A DNA stretch of 64,000 nt from an uncultured Verrucomicrobiae bacterium (GCA_963769025.1 CAVYKI010000009.1:384001-448000); one strand, 5' to 3'; shown: positions 15,363 to 24,971, counted from the first letter of the stretch. The notes: generated by a model from the sequence alone, not told the origin. Numbers and translations are program-made.

Positions 15363-16313
15363 ATGAACCCCCGGAAATTCCTTTTTGCCCTCTCCACCTT
15401 CGCCCTCACCTGCACCCGCATCGCCGCCGATGCGCCGTTCACGGATCCGGCTGCGGCTGGCGTGGATTTCCAAATGCAGGGCGAATACGCGGGCGAGAAC
15501 TGCGGCGCGCAGGTCATCGCGCTGGGGGATGGAAAGTTTCATCTCGTCGGATGGGGCAAGGGACTGCCGGGGCAGGTGCCGGATGTGGTGAAGGAGCAGG
15601 CGATCGATGGCGTGCTGGAAAACGGCGCCGTGCATTTCAAGAACGCCGACTGGGACGCGACGCTGAAGGACGGCGAGATCAAGGGTACGAGCAAGGGCGG
15701 TGAGGCGCGCACGCTGAAGAAGGTGGAGCGCAAATCTCCGACCCTCGGGGCGAAGCCGCCCGCGGGCGCGATTGTGCTTTTCGACGGCACCGATGCCGAT
15801 GCGTGGAAGAACGGGAAGATGGACAAGAACGGGAATCTGCAATGCGGCACGGTGAGCAAGCAGGAGTTCGGCGACTTCACGCTGCACATCGAATTCCGCA
15901 CGCCGTTCAAGCCCGCCGCGCGCGGGCAGGGACGCGGGAACAGCGGCGTCTATCTGCAGGATCGCTTCGAGGTGCAGGTGCTGGATTCCTTCGGGCTCAA
16001 GGGCGAAAACAACGAGTGCGGCGGCATCTACACGAAGCACAAGCCGAGGGTGAACATGTGCTTCCCGCCGCTGAGCTGGCAGACGTACGACGTGGATTTT
16101 CAGAGCGCAAAATGGGACGCCGACGGGAAGAAGACGAAGAACGCGGTCGTGACGGTGAAGCACAATGGCGTGCTCATTCACGACCATGTGGAAGTGGACA
16201 GTTCGACGGGTTCCTCCGGGCGCAAGGATGGTCCGGGGCCCGGTCCGATTCAGCTCCAGAACCACGGCAATCCGGTGGTGTTCCGGAATGTGTGGGTGGT
16301 GGAGAAAAGGTAG
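15363..16313 (+). CDS. DUF1080 / 3-keto-disaccharide hydrolase family protein
   Basis: Signal peptide; IVLFDG, DFTLHIEF, GNSGVY, EVQVLDS, WQTYDV, LQNHGNPVVFRNVW. Confidence 0.9.
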   Translation: MNPRKFLFALSTFALTCTRIAADAPFTDPAAAGVDFQMQGEYAGENCGAQVIALGDGKFHLVGWGKGLPGQVPDVVKEQAIDGVLENGAVHFKNADWDATLKDGEIKGTSKGGEARTLKKVERKSPTLGAKPPAGAIVLFDGTDADAWKNGKMDKNGNLQCGTVSKQEFGDFTLHIEFRTPFKPAARGQGRGNSGVYLQDRFEVQVLDSFGLKGENNECGGIYTKHKPRVNMCFPPLSWQTYDVDFQSAKWDADGKKTKNAVVTVKHNGVLIHDHVEVDSSTGSSGRKDGPGPGPIQLQNHGNPVVFRNVWVVEKR

Positions 16314-16404
16314 GGCGCGTTCGCCAAACGCGCCCTGATCTGCGGGGCGCGGCTGATTCACCAAGGGGCGCAATAAGTGGGACGGCTCGGCGAGCCGTCC
16401 CTAC
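16310..16404. repeat. GTAG-type REP doublet (REPIN-like) between convergent genes
   Basis: + strand GTAGGGCGCGTTCGCCAAACGCGCCC (16310-16335); - strand GTAGGGACGGCTCGCCGAGCCGTCCC (16404-16379). Each is GTAG followed by a GC hairpin. Confidence 0.72.
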
Positions 16405-18965
16405 CTCGAGTCGCGGTGCTGGAAGCGTGCGCCGTCGAGGCGCTGGGTGCCGGGGCCGCCGAAGCGCACTTCCAGCCGCGGTGCGCCGCTGGCCTTTGCC
16501 TCGATGCGCAGCAGGTGCCGGCCGGGCGCGAGGTGGACGGGGACAAACCACCATTCGCGGCCGCGCGGCCAGTCCTGCGGTTTGCCATCCACGAGCACAC
16601 GCATGCCGGCGGGACCGTGGAGTTGGAATTGATACACATCGGTGGCGGGAACCTTGAACCACGCCTCGATCGTGAAGGTGTCGTTCTCCGCGACGCCCGC
16701 CTTTTGCAGCCAGTCGCCCGCGCCCGTGTCTGTCACGACGACGGGTTTGCCGCCGGCCGGCGTGACGGTGAAACCATTCGCGAGGACGAGGCGCGAGGAA
16801 GCGGCGGTCGGCTGAAGCGGGGCCGGGGGATTGATGCGCAGCGTGATGGGCTCGGCGAGGAGTTGCTTCGAGTCGCCCAGGGTGGCCACGGCATGGATGC
16901 GGACCGGGCCCTGCCCGAGGACGCGCGGGTCGATCGTCGCGGAGCCGCTGTCGCCGGAGATGCGGCCGACTTCGTCCATGCCGTGAAAGAACACGATCGT
17001 GGTCGCGCCGGGTGCGGTGGCGGTGAGGACGAGCGGCTTGTCCCACGCGATGGAACCGGATGGCGCGGTGACGCGGAGTTCAGCGTCGCCATTGCGGAAG
17101 ACGACGGGGATTCGCACGCTGCCGTTGGTGATGGCGCCGTCGTTGCCGGTGGCTGCGATCACGAGTTCGTGCGGGCCGTCGGCGGCGTCGGCGGTGTTGA
17201 AGTCGAGCGGCTTGCCGGGCGGCGCGGCGGCGACGCGGCGGCCGTCGAGGAAGAGTTCGAATGTGCCCGTGGTGACGCCGTCCGAGGAACGGGTGGTGGG
17301 GGAGACGCGGAGCCGGCCTTTCAGGATCGTGCCGGGCGTGAGGTCGCCGGGGAGCACGGTGAGTTCCTTTTTCCAAGGTGCGCAAAGGGCGTCGCCGACG
17401 ATGAGCAGCTGGTAGGGGCCGGCGAGCGACTGGTAGAACGCCTCGGCGAGCGTGCAGCCCATGGCGTAGTGGTAGTGAACGAATGGCGTCGGGAATTTCG
17501 CCTGGATGGCGTAGGGCTCGGTGACGGTGCCGCTTGCGCCGCCCGCGCCGGCGCGGATGAATTCCGTGAGCGGCGTCTGCCCGTCGCTCTCGCCGAACGC
17601 GCCGCCGAAGCTCGTGAGATTGTCGCCGATGGCGCCGGGCAGCAGCTTGCTGCCGCTCGTCTCCCACGAAAAGGACGCGGCGCCGATGGTGACGCCGGCG
17701 ACGTCGCCTTTGTTCCTCGGCAGGACGCCCTCCTCGATGGATGACCAGATGCCGATGTCGCGGAGCTTTTCCGACGCGCGGCGGAATCCCCACTCGCGCG
17801 TGGTGGAGCGCACGTCGCGGTTTTCCATGAAATAGACGGTGCCCTTTGGCCTCGAACCGTCGGCGGCGATGGAGCGCTTCAGGTTGCCGATGGCCTCGGC
17901 GACGGAATTGCCGCGCCCGCTCGTGCAGGCGAGGACGGTGGACAGCATGTAGCGGATGCCTTTGTCCGGCGCCACCGGCTGTCCGCTCGGGAGCCAGCCG
18001 ACGCTCGAACGGAATCCGCTCGTGGGGATGAGGTCGAATTTCGAGAGCTTTGCGCGGGCGACGAGGATCTGGAAATCCTCGCGTCCGCGGATGCTCGCGA
18101 GGTCGGGATCCTGCTCCGCCGCGCGCATGTCCCACCAGCCGTGATCCACGGCTTCGCGCAATGCGCTGATGGCGGCGATGGCGTTGCCGAGGCGCGCGTG
18201 CATGCACGCGAGATTGTAGAGCAGCTCGGTGCTCGTCGGGTGGTCCTTTTTGAGGGCGAGGAGCTTTTCGAGGAGCGGCTGCAGTCCGTTGTCGGCCGGG
18301 GCTGGGGAATTCGACAGAACGGGCGGCGGGGGAATGGATTTGTCGGGACCCGGCGCAGCCTCGCCGCTCTTCGAGCGCAGCGCGGCGATGACTTCGGCGT
18401 AGGTCTTTTTGTCCTCCTCGCTCCAGTCGGTCTGCGGCTGCGATTGGGCGGGTTGGCGGTAGTAAAAATTGACGTTGAGACCCAGGTAGCCGGGGTTCTT
18501 TGCCATGGTGAACGGGTAGAGATACGTGAGCCCGTTGATGGCGGCCGGCTGCGTGATCGCCTTGGGCAGCGGCCTGCCGCCGAGGTCAGCGGTGACGTCG
18601 ATCGCCGTCGGGAAATCCGCGCTGTAGAGCAGGTAATCAATCTGCGGGGCGAGGCCGCGCTGCTCCGCGGCCTGCAGCGCAGGCGTGAGGATGTGCGTGC
18701 GAAAGTCCTCGACGCTCATGCGCTCGAAGGACGGCAGATTCCGGAGGCGCACGACATTCGCCGCCGGGATCCGCCGCCCGGCGATGTATTCGTTTGCGAC
18801 GAAGGTGGAGGCCCAGCTGTCGGCGTTCACCACGATCATCGCATTCTCCGGTCCGCCGGCAGCGAGCGCGGGCGCGGCGGACACGGTGGCGATGCCTGCC
18901 GCGACAAGTGCGCGGAGCTTTCCTGAAAAGCGGAGCGTGGGCTGGTGTCCGTTGCGTGCGGGCAT
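16401..18965 (-). CDS. TIGR03790-like secreted protein with internal TPR-type insert and C-terminal Ig-like/PA14-like domains
   Basis: GGPENAMIVVN..S..VANEY..RRIP..NV; PGAIGDNLTSFG; GASGTVTEPY; GCTLAEAFY; VGDALCAP. TPR-type YNLACMHARLG...DPDLASIR. Start uncertain (18965 or 18983). Confidence 0.72.
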   Translation of the reverse strand: MPARNGHQPTLRFSGKLRALVAAGIATVSAAPALAAGGPENAMIVVNADSWASTFVANEYIAGRRIPAANVVRLRNLPSFERMSVEDFRTHILTPALQAAEQRGLAPQIDYLLYSADFPTAIDVTADLGGRPLPKAITQPAAINGLTYLYPFTMAKNPGYLGLNVNFYYRQPAQSQPQTDWSEEDKKTYAEVIAALRSKSGEAAPGPDKSIPPPPVLSNSPAPADNGLQPLLEKLLALKKDHPTSTELLYNLACMHARLGNAIAAISALREAVDHGWWDMRAAEQDPDLASIRGREDFQILVARAKLSKFDLIPTSGFRSSVGWLPSGQPVAPDKGIRYMLSTVLACTSGRGNSVAEAIGNLKRSIAADGSRPKGTVYFMENRDVRSTTREWGFRRASEKLRDIGIWSSIEEGVLPRNKGDVAGVTIGAASFSWETSGSKLLPGAIGDNLTSFGGAFGESDGQTPLTEFIRAGAGGASGTVTEPYAIQAKFPTPFVHYHYAMGCTLAEAFYQSLAGPYQLLIVGDALCAPWKKELTVLPGDLTPGTILKGRLRVSPTTRSSDGVTTGTFELFLDGRRVAAAPPGKPLDFNTADAADGPHELVIAATGNDGAITNGSVRIPVVFRNGDAELRVTAPSGSIAWDKPLVLTATAPGATTIVFFHGMDEVGRISGDSGSATIDPRVLGQGPVRIHAVATLGDSKQLLAEPITLRINPPAPLQPTAASSRLVLANGFTVTPAGGKPVVVTDTGAGDWLQKAGVAENDTFTIEAWFKVPATDVYQFQLHGPAGMRVLVDGKPQDWPRGREWWFVPVHLAPGRHLLRIEAKASGAPRLEVRFGGPGTQRLDGARFQHRDSR

Positions 18966-19056
18966 GGGCGGGGTGGTTTCCATCGCTGAAGACGCTGAAA
19001 AAGGAAACCTGAATCCGGCTTTGGTTTCAGCGGCTTCTTGCCACGTGCGGAGAAAG

Positions 19057-20574
19057 ATGCAGCATCGCCGCGCTTTGAACGAAACCGCAATCATCGTCGC
19101 CACCTTGCTGGGCACCGCCTTGGGCGCGGTGGTGATGTGGCTTTTCATCCGGCAGCGGACGCTGGCAGCCGTGGCGGAGAAGGAACGCGAAGGCGCGGAG
19201 GCCGGTGCGCGGTTGCGGCAGGAGCACTCGGCGGCGATGCTGGATGTCTCGACACGGCTGGCGACCGCGGAGGCGCAGGCCACGGCGGGGACGGCCCGCG
19301 TGCAGGAATTGCAGCGAGAGCTCGCGGAGCGCGGGACCGTGCTTGATGAGGTGCGCAAGGAACGCGACGCCGCCGCGGTGCGGGCCGCCGAGCTGGAGAT
19401 GCAGCTCGCCGAGGAGCGCCAGCAGTCGGTGGAAAAGCTCGCGGTGCTGGAGGACGCAAAGAACAGGCTCACCGATACCTTCCGCGCGCTCAGCGCCGAT
19501 GCGCTCAACCAGAACAACGAATCGTTCCTCGCGCTCGCGAAATCCAAGCTCGGCGAATTCCAAAAGGAGGCGAGCGGCGACCTCGCGCAGAAGCACCAGG
19601 CGATCGCCGAGCTGCTCAAGCCCGTCGGCGAATCGCTCAGCAAGGTGGACGACCACATCCGCCAGATGGAGGAGAAGCGCGCGAATGCCTACGGCGAGCT
19701 GCAGTCGCAGGTGAAGACGATGACCGAGACGCAGCAGGAACTCCGCAGCGAAACCGGGCGGCTGGTGAATGTGCTGCGCTCGTCGGGTTCGCGCGGGCGC
19801 TGGGGGGAAATCCAACTCCGTCGCGTCGTGGAGCTGGCTGGGATGCAGGATCACTGCGACTTTTTCGAGCAGAAGAACGTGGAGAGCGAAGGCAGCCGGC
19901 TGCGGCCCGACATGGTCGTGAAGATGCCCGGAGGAAAGACGGTCGTCGTGGATTCCAAGGTGCCATTCAGCGCGTACGAGCGCGCGGTGACCGCCGAAAA
20001 CGAAGCCGCCAGGACGCTGGCGTACCGTGAGCACGCCGCGGCGGTGCGGGACCACATCAAGCAGCTCTCGGGAAAGGGCTACTGGGAGCAGTTCGACAAC
20101 GCGCCGGAATTTGTCGTCCTCTTTCTTCCCGCGGAGACATTCTTCGGCGCTGCGGTGGAATATGATCCGGAGCTCATCGAGTTCAGCGCGAGGAATCACG
20201 TGATGATCACCACGCCGATGACGCTCATCGCGCTGTTGCGCGCGGTGTACTATGGCTGGCGGCACGAGAAGCTGGCGGAGAACGCGGAGCAAATCAGCGA
20301 CCTCGGGCGCGACCTTTACGAACGTCTCAGCACGCTCGGCGATCACATGTCGAAACTCGGGAAGCATCTCGACAACGCGGTGGACAGTTACAACCGTGCG
20401 GCCGGTTCGCTGGAAACCCGCGTGCTGGTAAATGCGCGGCGTTTCAAGGAACTCCAGGCGGCGCCGCCCGACAAGGAACTCAAACCGCTCGACCCCATCG
20501 AGCACACCACCCGGAAACTCCAGGCGCCGGAGCTGCAGCCGGCCGCCGCCGGTCAGCCGGCACCCGTAGAATAG
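19057..20574 (+). CDS. rmuC: DNA recombination protein RmuC
   Basis: N-terminal TM, coiled coil, RGRWGEIQL, RPDMVV..PGG..VVDSK, VVLFLPAE, TPMTLIALL. Confidence 0.93.
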   Translation: MQHRRALNETAIIVATLLGTALGAVVMWLFIRQRTLAAVAEKEREGAEAGARLRQEHSAAMLDVSTRLATAEAQATAGTARVQELQRELAERGTVLDEVRKERDAAAVRAAELEMQLAEERQQSVEKLAVLEDAKNRLTDTFRALSADALNQNNESFLALAKSKLGEFQKEASGDLAQKHQAIAELLKPVGESLSKVDDHIRQMEEKRANAYGELQSQVKTMTETQQELRSETGRLVNVLRSSGSRGRWGEIQLRRVVELAGMQDHCDFFEQKNVESEGSRLRPDMVVKMPGGKTVVVDSKVPFSAYERAVTAENEAARTLAYREHAAAVRDHIKQLSGKGYWEQFDNAPEFVVLFLPAETFFGAAVEYDPELIEFSARNHVMITTPMTLIALLRAVYYGWRHEKLAENAEQISDLGRDLYERLSTLGDHMSKLGKHLDNAVDSYNRAAGSLETRVLVNARRFKELQAAPPDKELKPLDPIEHTTRKLQAPELQPAAAGQPAPVE

Positions 20575-20584
20575 CAATCCTCCC

Positions 20585-21625
20585 ATGAACTGGTTCCAAC
20601 TTGAATTCGGCGACTTCGCCAAGGCGTTTCTCAGCGTGCTCTTTGAAGGCGCGCCTTTCCTGCTGCTCGGCGCGCTCATCTCAGGTTTTGTCGATGTATT
20701 CGTCTCCTCCGAGCGCATCACGAAGCTGCTCCCGTCGCGGCCCGGCCCGGCGATTTTCCTCGCGGGGCTGCTCGGCCTCGTCTTCCCGATCTGCGAATGC
20801 GGCAGCGTCATCATCGTCCGCCGTTTCATCCGCAAGGGCATGCCGCTCGGCGTGGCGACGTGCTACATGCTCGCGGCGCCCATCGTCAGCCCCATCGTCG
20901 CGCTGAGCACGTTCAAGGCATTCACCGGGCAGGATCCGTGGCTCATGCTCAGCCTGCGGCTGGGGTTCGGATACGCCATCGCGGTGATTGTCGCGCTCAT
21001 CGTGCATCAGCTACCGCGCCGCCTCGTGGTAGCGACAAACACCGCCGACGCGGCCGCACGCAAGCGCACGGGCCTCAGCATCTCGTCGGAAACCAGCGCC
21101 GATGCCGCCCCGCTCGATTTCGCGCAAGTCGTCGCGAAGGCCTCGCCGTGGCGCAAGGTGATGCTCGCCATCCAGTCCGCCACCGCGGACTTCCTCGATG
21201 TCACGGTGTTCTTCGTCATCGGCACGGCGATCACCAGCGTCTTCGCGGTCGGCGTGAACCGCGAATTCATCGCCCCGTTCGCGGAGTCGCCGTTCCTTTC
21301 CGTCGTCTCGCTCATGGTGCTCGCCGCGCTGCTCGCGCTGTGCAGCACCACGGACGCGTTTGTCGCCGCCACGCAGCTCGCCGCGTTTTCGCCTGCGGCA
21401 AAGCTCGCCTTCCTCCTCTTCGGCCCGGTCTTCGATCTGAAGCTCTTCTGGCTCTACGGCCTCATCTTTCGTCGCCGCTTCGTCATCCTCATGGCCGTGG
21501 GACTCTTTGCGCTCATCGCATTCATCTGCTGGATCTGGGCAGGCATCGAGACCCGTCCCGGTGAAGCGGGCATCTTTCTCGAATCGCCCGTTTGCCTCCC
21601 AGCCCAAACGCCGCTACCCTCCTGA
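20585..21625 (+). CDS. Permease, DUF318/YcgR (ArsP_1) family
   Basis: EGAPFLLLG, PICECG, AAP.VSP, CSTTDAFVA, GPVFDLK; many TM helices. Confidence 0.85.
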   Translation: MNWFQLEFGDFAKAFLSVLFEGAPFLLLGALISGFVDVFVSSERITKLLPSRPGPAIFLAGLLGLVFPICECGSVIIVRRFIRKGMPLGVATCYMLAAPIVSPIVALSTFKAFTGQDPWLMLSLRLGFGYAIAVIVALIVHQLPRRLVVATNTADAAARKRTGLSISSETSADAAPLDFAQVVAKASPWRKVMLAIQSATADFLDVTVFFVIGTAITSVFAVGVNREFIAPFAESPFLSVVSLMVLAALLALCSTTDAFVAATQLAAFSPAAKLAFLLFGPVFDLKLFWLYGLIFRRRFVILMAVGLFALIAFICWIWAGIETRPGEAGIFLESPVCLPAQTPLPS

Positions 21626-21627
21626 CC

Positions 21628-22530
21628 ATGCAATCCCTCTTCGCCCGCTGGCTGCCCGCGGCGACGCTCGCGACCTGGAGCGCCGTGCTGCTCTACTTCC
21701 ATTTCTCGCAGCGCATGGGGAACATGCTCGCGCCGGAATTTCGCGTTTACGCGCTCATCGCGGCCGTCGTGCTCGCCCTGATGGCGCTGAGCTTTGTCAT
21801 TTTCAAAGGCGACGCCACGTGCTGCTCCTCGGGCGAATGCGGGCACGGCCTCAGCCGCCTCGCAACCGGCAAGCTCATCACGTTTTTCATCCTCCTCGGC
21901 CCCATCGTCGTCGCCGCGCGCTACACGCCCAGCGAGGGATTCAGCAAGACCTTCGTCGAAAACCGCGGCACGGCCACTTCGATCGAGCAGCTCGGAACTT
22001 CCGTCTCACGCTCCTCCGACGGAAAATCCGACTACCGCAAACCCGTGGATCTCTCGCTTCCAAGCAAGGATGGCAGCCAGCCGCCATCGGGCGGCACGCC
22101 CGCGCCGACCGCCGGTTCACAGCCGCCGGCCGCGGAAAAGGCAGCCACCGACTACCTCGTGCGCACGCCCGACGGCCGCATCGTCGCCGAGGTCCTCGAC
22201 CTCCTGTACGCCGCGCAGGACAATCTGCTGCGCCAGGACTTCGAGGGCAAACCCGTCGAACTCATCGGCCAGTTCATGCCCGATTCATCGAACAATCCGG
22301 GCGCGACCCGCTTCAAGGCCGTCCGCATGTTCATGACCTGCTGCGCGGCTGACGCGCGGCCCGTCGCCACGCTCGTCGAAGCCGACACGCTCCCGCCGTT
22401 CCCCGAAATGACGTGGGTGAGAATCACCGGCGTTCCAAGTTTCCCCATCGAAAAAGGCCGCCGCATCTCCGTCCTCAAGGCCGAGAAAGTCGAAAAGACC
22501 GAGCCGCCGGCGGAGGCGATGATTTATTAG
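21628..22530 (+). CDS. TIGR03943/DUF1980 (YcgQ-like) permease partner
   Basis: 3 TM helices, CCSSGECGH loop, GKPVELIG, RMFMTCCAADA, WVRITG; follows the DUF318 gene. Confidence 0.82.
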   Translation: MQSLFARWLPAATLATWSAVLLYFHFSQRMGNMLAPEFRVYALIAAVVLALMALSFVIFKGDATCCSSGECGHGLSRLATGKLITFFILLGPIVVAARYTPSEGFSKTFVENRGTATSIEQLGTSVSRSSDGKSDYRKPVDLSLPSKDGSQPPSGGTPAPTAGSQPPAAEKAATDYLVRTPDGRIVAEVLDLLYAAQDNLLRQDFEGKPVELIGQFMPDSSNNPGATRFKAVRMFMTCCAADARPVATLVEADTLPPFPEMTWVRITGVPSFPIEKGRRISVLKAEKVEKTEPPAEAMIY

Positions 22531-22547
22531 CGGACTTCGCACCCGCA

Positions 22548-22576
22548 TTGACGCTGCGCGCGAACCTCCGCATGGT
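22548..22576 (+). promoter_or_regulatory. Putative sigma70 promoter (leaderless) of zinc-ribbon gene
   Basis: TTGACG, 17 bp, CATGGT, 6 nt, ATG 22583; no Shine-Dalgarno. Confidence 0.55.
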
Positions 22577-22582
22577 GCGGCG

Positions 22583-23287
22583 ATGCTCCCAGCCGTTACC
22601 CAACTCCTCGTCCTCCAGGATCGCGACAAAAAACTCCGCCAACTCAAACTTGAACTGAAACGCGCGCCGCTGGAGCGCAAGGACTTGGAATCCCGCACAG
22701 CCGGGACGACGAGCGCGCTCGATGCGGCGAAGCTGAAGGCGAAGGAAATCGAGATGAAGCGGAAGGAATTGGAGAACGAAGTCGGGACGCGGCGGCAGCG
22801 GATTCAAAAATACAATCAACAGAAACTGGAGACGAAGAAGAACGAGGAATACCAGGCCATCACGCACGCGATCGGGACGATCGAGAAGGAGATCACGGAA
22901 ATCGAGGATCGGGAATTGGAACTGATGGAGGCGGCGGAGAAGCAGAAGCCGGTCATCGCCGCGGCGGAAAAGGAAGCGGCAGCGATGAAGGCGCAGGCGG
23001 AGCGGCAGTTTGCGGATCTCGATGCGAAGGTGAAATCCATCGAGGCACAGGTGCTGGAGGTGCAGGCGGAGCGGGCGAAACTCGCTGCGGAAGTGGAGGA
23101 GGATTTGCTCGACACTTATCAACGGCTTTTCGACACGAAGGACGCGCAGGCGGTGGTGGCGCTGGTGAACGAGATATGCCAGGGCTGCCACGTGAAGTCG
23201 CAGACGCACATCGTCCACGCAGTGAAGGCGGGGAAGGCGGTGACGACATGTCTTTACTGCGGGCGGATTCTCTACCCGGAGAGCTGA
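22583..23287 (+). CDS. Coiled-coil C4 zinc-ribbon protein (DUF164 / CT398-like)
   Basis: LQDRD start, long coiled coil with NEEYQA, CQGCH...CLYCGRILY. Confidence 0.9.
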   Translation: MLPAVTQLLVLQDRDKKLRQLKLELKRAPLERKDLESRTAGTTSALDAAKLKAKEIEMKRKELENEVGTRRQRIQKYNQQKLETKKNEEYQAITHAIGTIEKEITEIEDRELELMEAAEKQKPVIAAAEKEAAAMKAQAERQFADLDAKVKSIEAQVLEVQAERAKLAAEVEEDLLDTYQRLFDTKDAQAVVALVNEICQGCHVKSQTHIVHAVKAGKAVTTCLYCGRILYPES

Positions 23288-23307
23288 GCGGAAGAATTCA
23301 GGAGGGA

Positions 23308-23451
23308 TCCGCAGATGACGCAGATTTTCGCAGAAAGAAAATCGGCAGCCGGAAATCACGAGCCGGAGCAACTTTCGAGGTGTTCGCCGGTCCGGACTCC
23401 ATTCCGGGCCGCTCTCGGCTCCAGTCTGCGTGAATCTGCGAAATCTGCGGA
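23308..23451. repeat. MITE/REP-like element with 27-bp imperfect terminal inverted repeats made of CGCAGAT units
   Basis: Left tccgcagatgacgcagattttcgcaga (23308-23334); right tctgcgtgaatctgcgaaatctgcgga (23425-23451); 23/27 complementary. Confidence 0.75.
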
Positions 23452-23487
23452 CAGTGACTTTGGACTCTTGGGCGGAGGCGGCCGGCT

Positions 23488-24882
23488 ATGAACCGGATCG
23501 CCGGCATCGAGACTGAGTACGGTTGCCTCATCAGCAATGGCGGGGAGCGGGGTGAACCGTGGCCGTCGCGGGTGAAGAATCATCTTTTCAAGAAGCTGTG
23601 CGTCGGCGTGCTCGATCAACACTACCGCGACTACGAGGAACCGCCGGGGAATGGGGGATTCCTGCTCAATGGCGGACGGTTTTACCTCGACATGGGTCAC
23701 ATCGAATACGCGACGCCGGAGTGCCGGTCGGTGCGCGATCTGGTGGCGTGCGACCTTGCGGGCGACGCGATGCTGCAGGGCGCGGTGGAGGCGATGGGCG
23801 CGACGGACAGCGTGGCGTTCTTAAAAAACAACATCGATCACCAGACGGGGGCGACGTTCGGCTGCCATGAGAACTACCTGATGCGGCGCGAGACGGATTT
23901 CACCGCGCAAAACACGGCGGCGCTGCTGAGCTTTCTGGCGACGCGGCAGATTTTCACGGGCGCGGGAAGGGTGGGGCAGGCGAGTCCGCTGGCATTCGAA
24001 CTCGAGCCGCTGCCGCCGTATGAGCGGGTGAATTTTCAGATGAGCCAGCGCGCGGATCACATCGTGAACGACATCTACCAGTGGGTGCAGTTCAACCGCG
24101 CCATCATCAACGCGCGTGATGAGCCGCTCGCCGATTACCGGCGTTTCCGGCGGCTGCATCTGCTCATCGGCGACTCAAACATGAGCCCGCTGGCGACGGC
24201 GCTGAAAGTCGGCACGACGCACCTCGTACTCACTCTGCTGGAGGAGGATCTCCTCCCGGCCGATGTGGCGCTGCAGGACGCGGTGCTCTCGACGCGGATG
24301 GTTTCGCGCGCCTGCTGTGCGGATGCGGCGGTCCTCTGCGAAGCGGGGCATTCCGAGACGGCGATGGGGATTCAGGAAAGGTTTCTAGAAGCCGCGCAGT
24401 CGCTCGCCGGGCGCGATGCCGAGACGGACTGGCTGCTCGGCCGCTGGGCGTGGGTGCTCGATGCGCTGCGGCGCGGGGCGACGGAGGAGATGCTCGGCGC
24501 GGTGGACTGGGTGTCGAAGAAATGGCTGCTGGAAACGTTTCGCGCGGAGCAGGGCGTCGCGTGGGATGACCCTTGGCTGGAGAGTCTCGATCTCGAATAT
24601 CACAATCTCAACGCGAGCCGCGGACTCTTTCACGCGCTCCCGGCGCAGGGCGAAGTTGAGTCGTTCAATCGCGACGCATTTCAGCCGGCATTCCTGCGGA
24701 CGGCACCTGCGGATACGCGCGCACACGCGCGGGGGATCGCCGTGGCGCATTGCCTCGAAACGCGGGAACCCTGCGTGATCAACTGGGATTCGATGTCCTT
24801 CGACGCCGCGCGGTCGGTCGCGATGCCGAATCCGCTGGCTACGTATGAGGCGGAAATCCGGAGGACTTTGGGCGGGGACTAG
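23488..24882 (+). CDS. pafA: PafA-type Pup/UBact--protein ligase (PafA/Dop family)
   Basis: GIETEYG, FLLNGGRFYLDMGHIEYATPEC, KNNID..GCHENYL, SQRADH, IINARDEP, RRLHLLIGDSNMS, LKVGTT, DLEYH. Confidence 0.88.
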   Translation: MNRIAGIETEYGCLISNGGERGEPWPSRVKNHLFKKLCVGVLDQHYRDYEEPPGNGGFLLNGGRFYLDMGHIEYATPECRSVRDLVACDLAGDAMLQGAVEAMGATDSVAFLKNNIDHQTGATFGCHENYLMRRETDFTAQNTAALLSFLATRQIFTGAGRVGQASPLAFELEPLPPYERVNFQMSQRADHIVNDIYQWVQFNRAIINARDEPLADYRRFRRLHLLIGDSNMSPLATALKVGTTHLVLTLLEEDLLPADVALQDAVLSTRMVSRACCADAAVLCEAGHSETAMGIQERFLEAAQSLAGRDAETDWLLGRWAWVLDALRRGATEEMLGAVDWVSKKWLLETFRAEQGVAWDDPWLESLDLEYHNLNASRGLFHALPAQGEVESFNRDAFQPAFLRTAPADTRAHARGIAVAHCLETREPCVINWDSMSFDAARSVAMPNPLATYEAEIRRTLGGD

Positions 24883-24932
24883 GGAGGCGCACATCGCGAG
24901 TTGTGCGCGCGCCGGCTCCAACCTTTCCGGGC

Positions 24933-24971
24933 AAAAAGAAGCCCGGCGGCCGCTTGAACGCCCGCCGGGCT
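24933..24971 (-). terminator. Rho-independent terminator of hsp20
   Basis: Minus strand gcccggcgg...ccgccgggc hairpin followed by TTCTTTTT, about 20 nt after the hsp20 stop. Confidence 0.8.

Noticed and set aside
18984..19658. N-terminal extension of the 1085-aa ORF 16401-19658
   Set aside because: Antisense to rmuC; the signal peptide starts near 18965.
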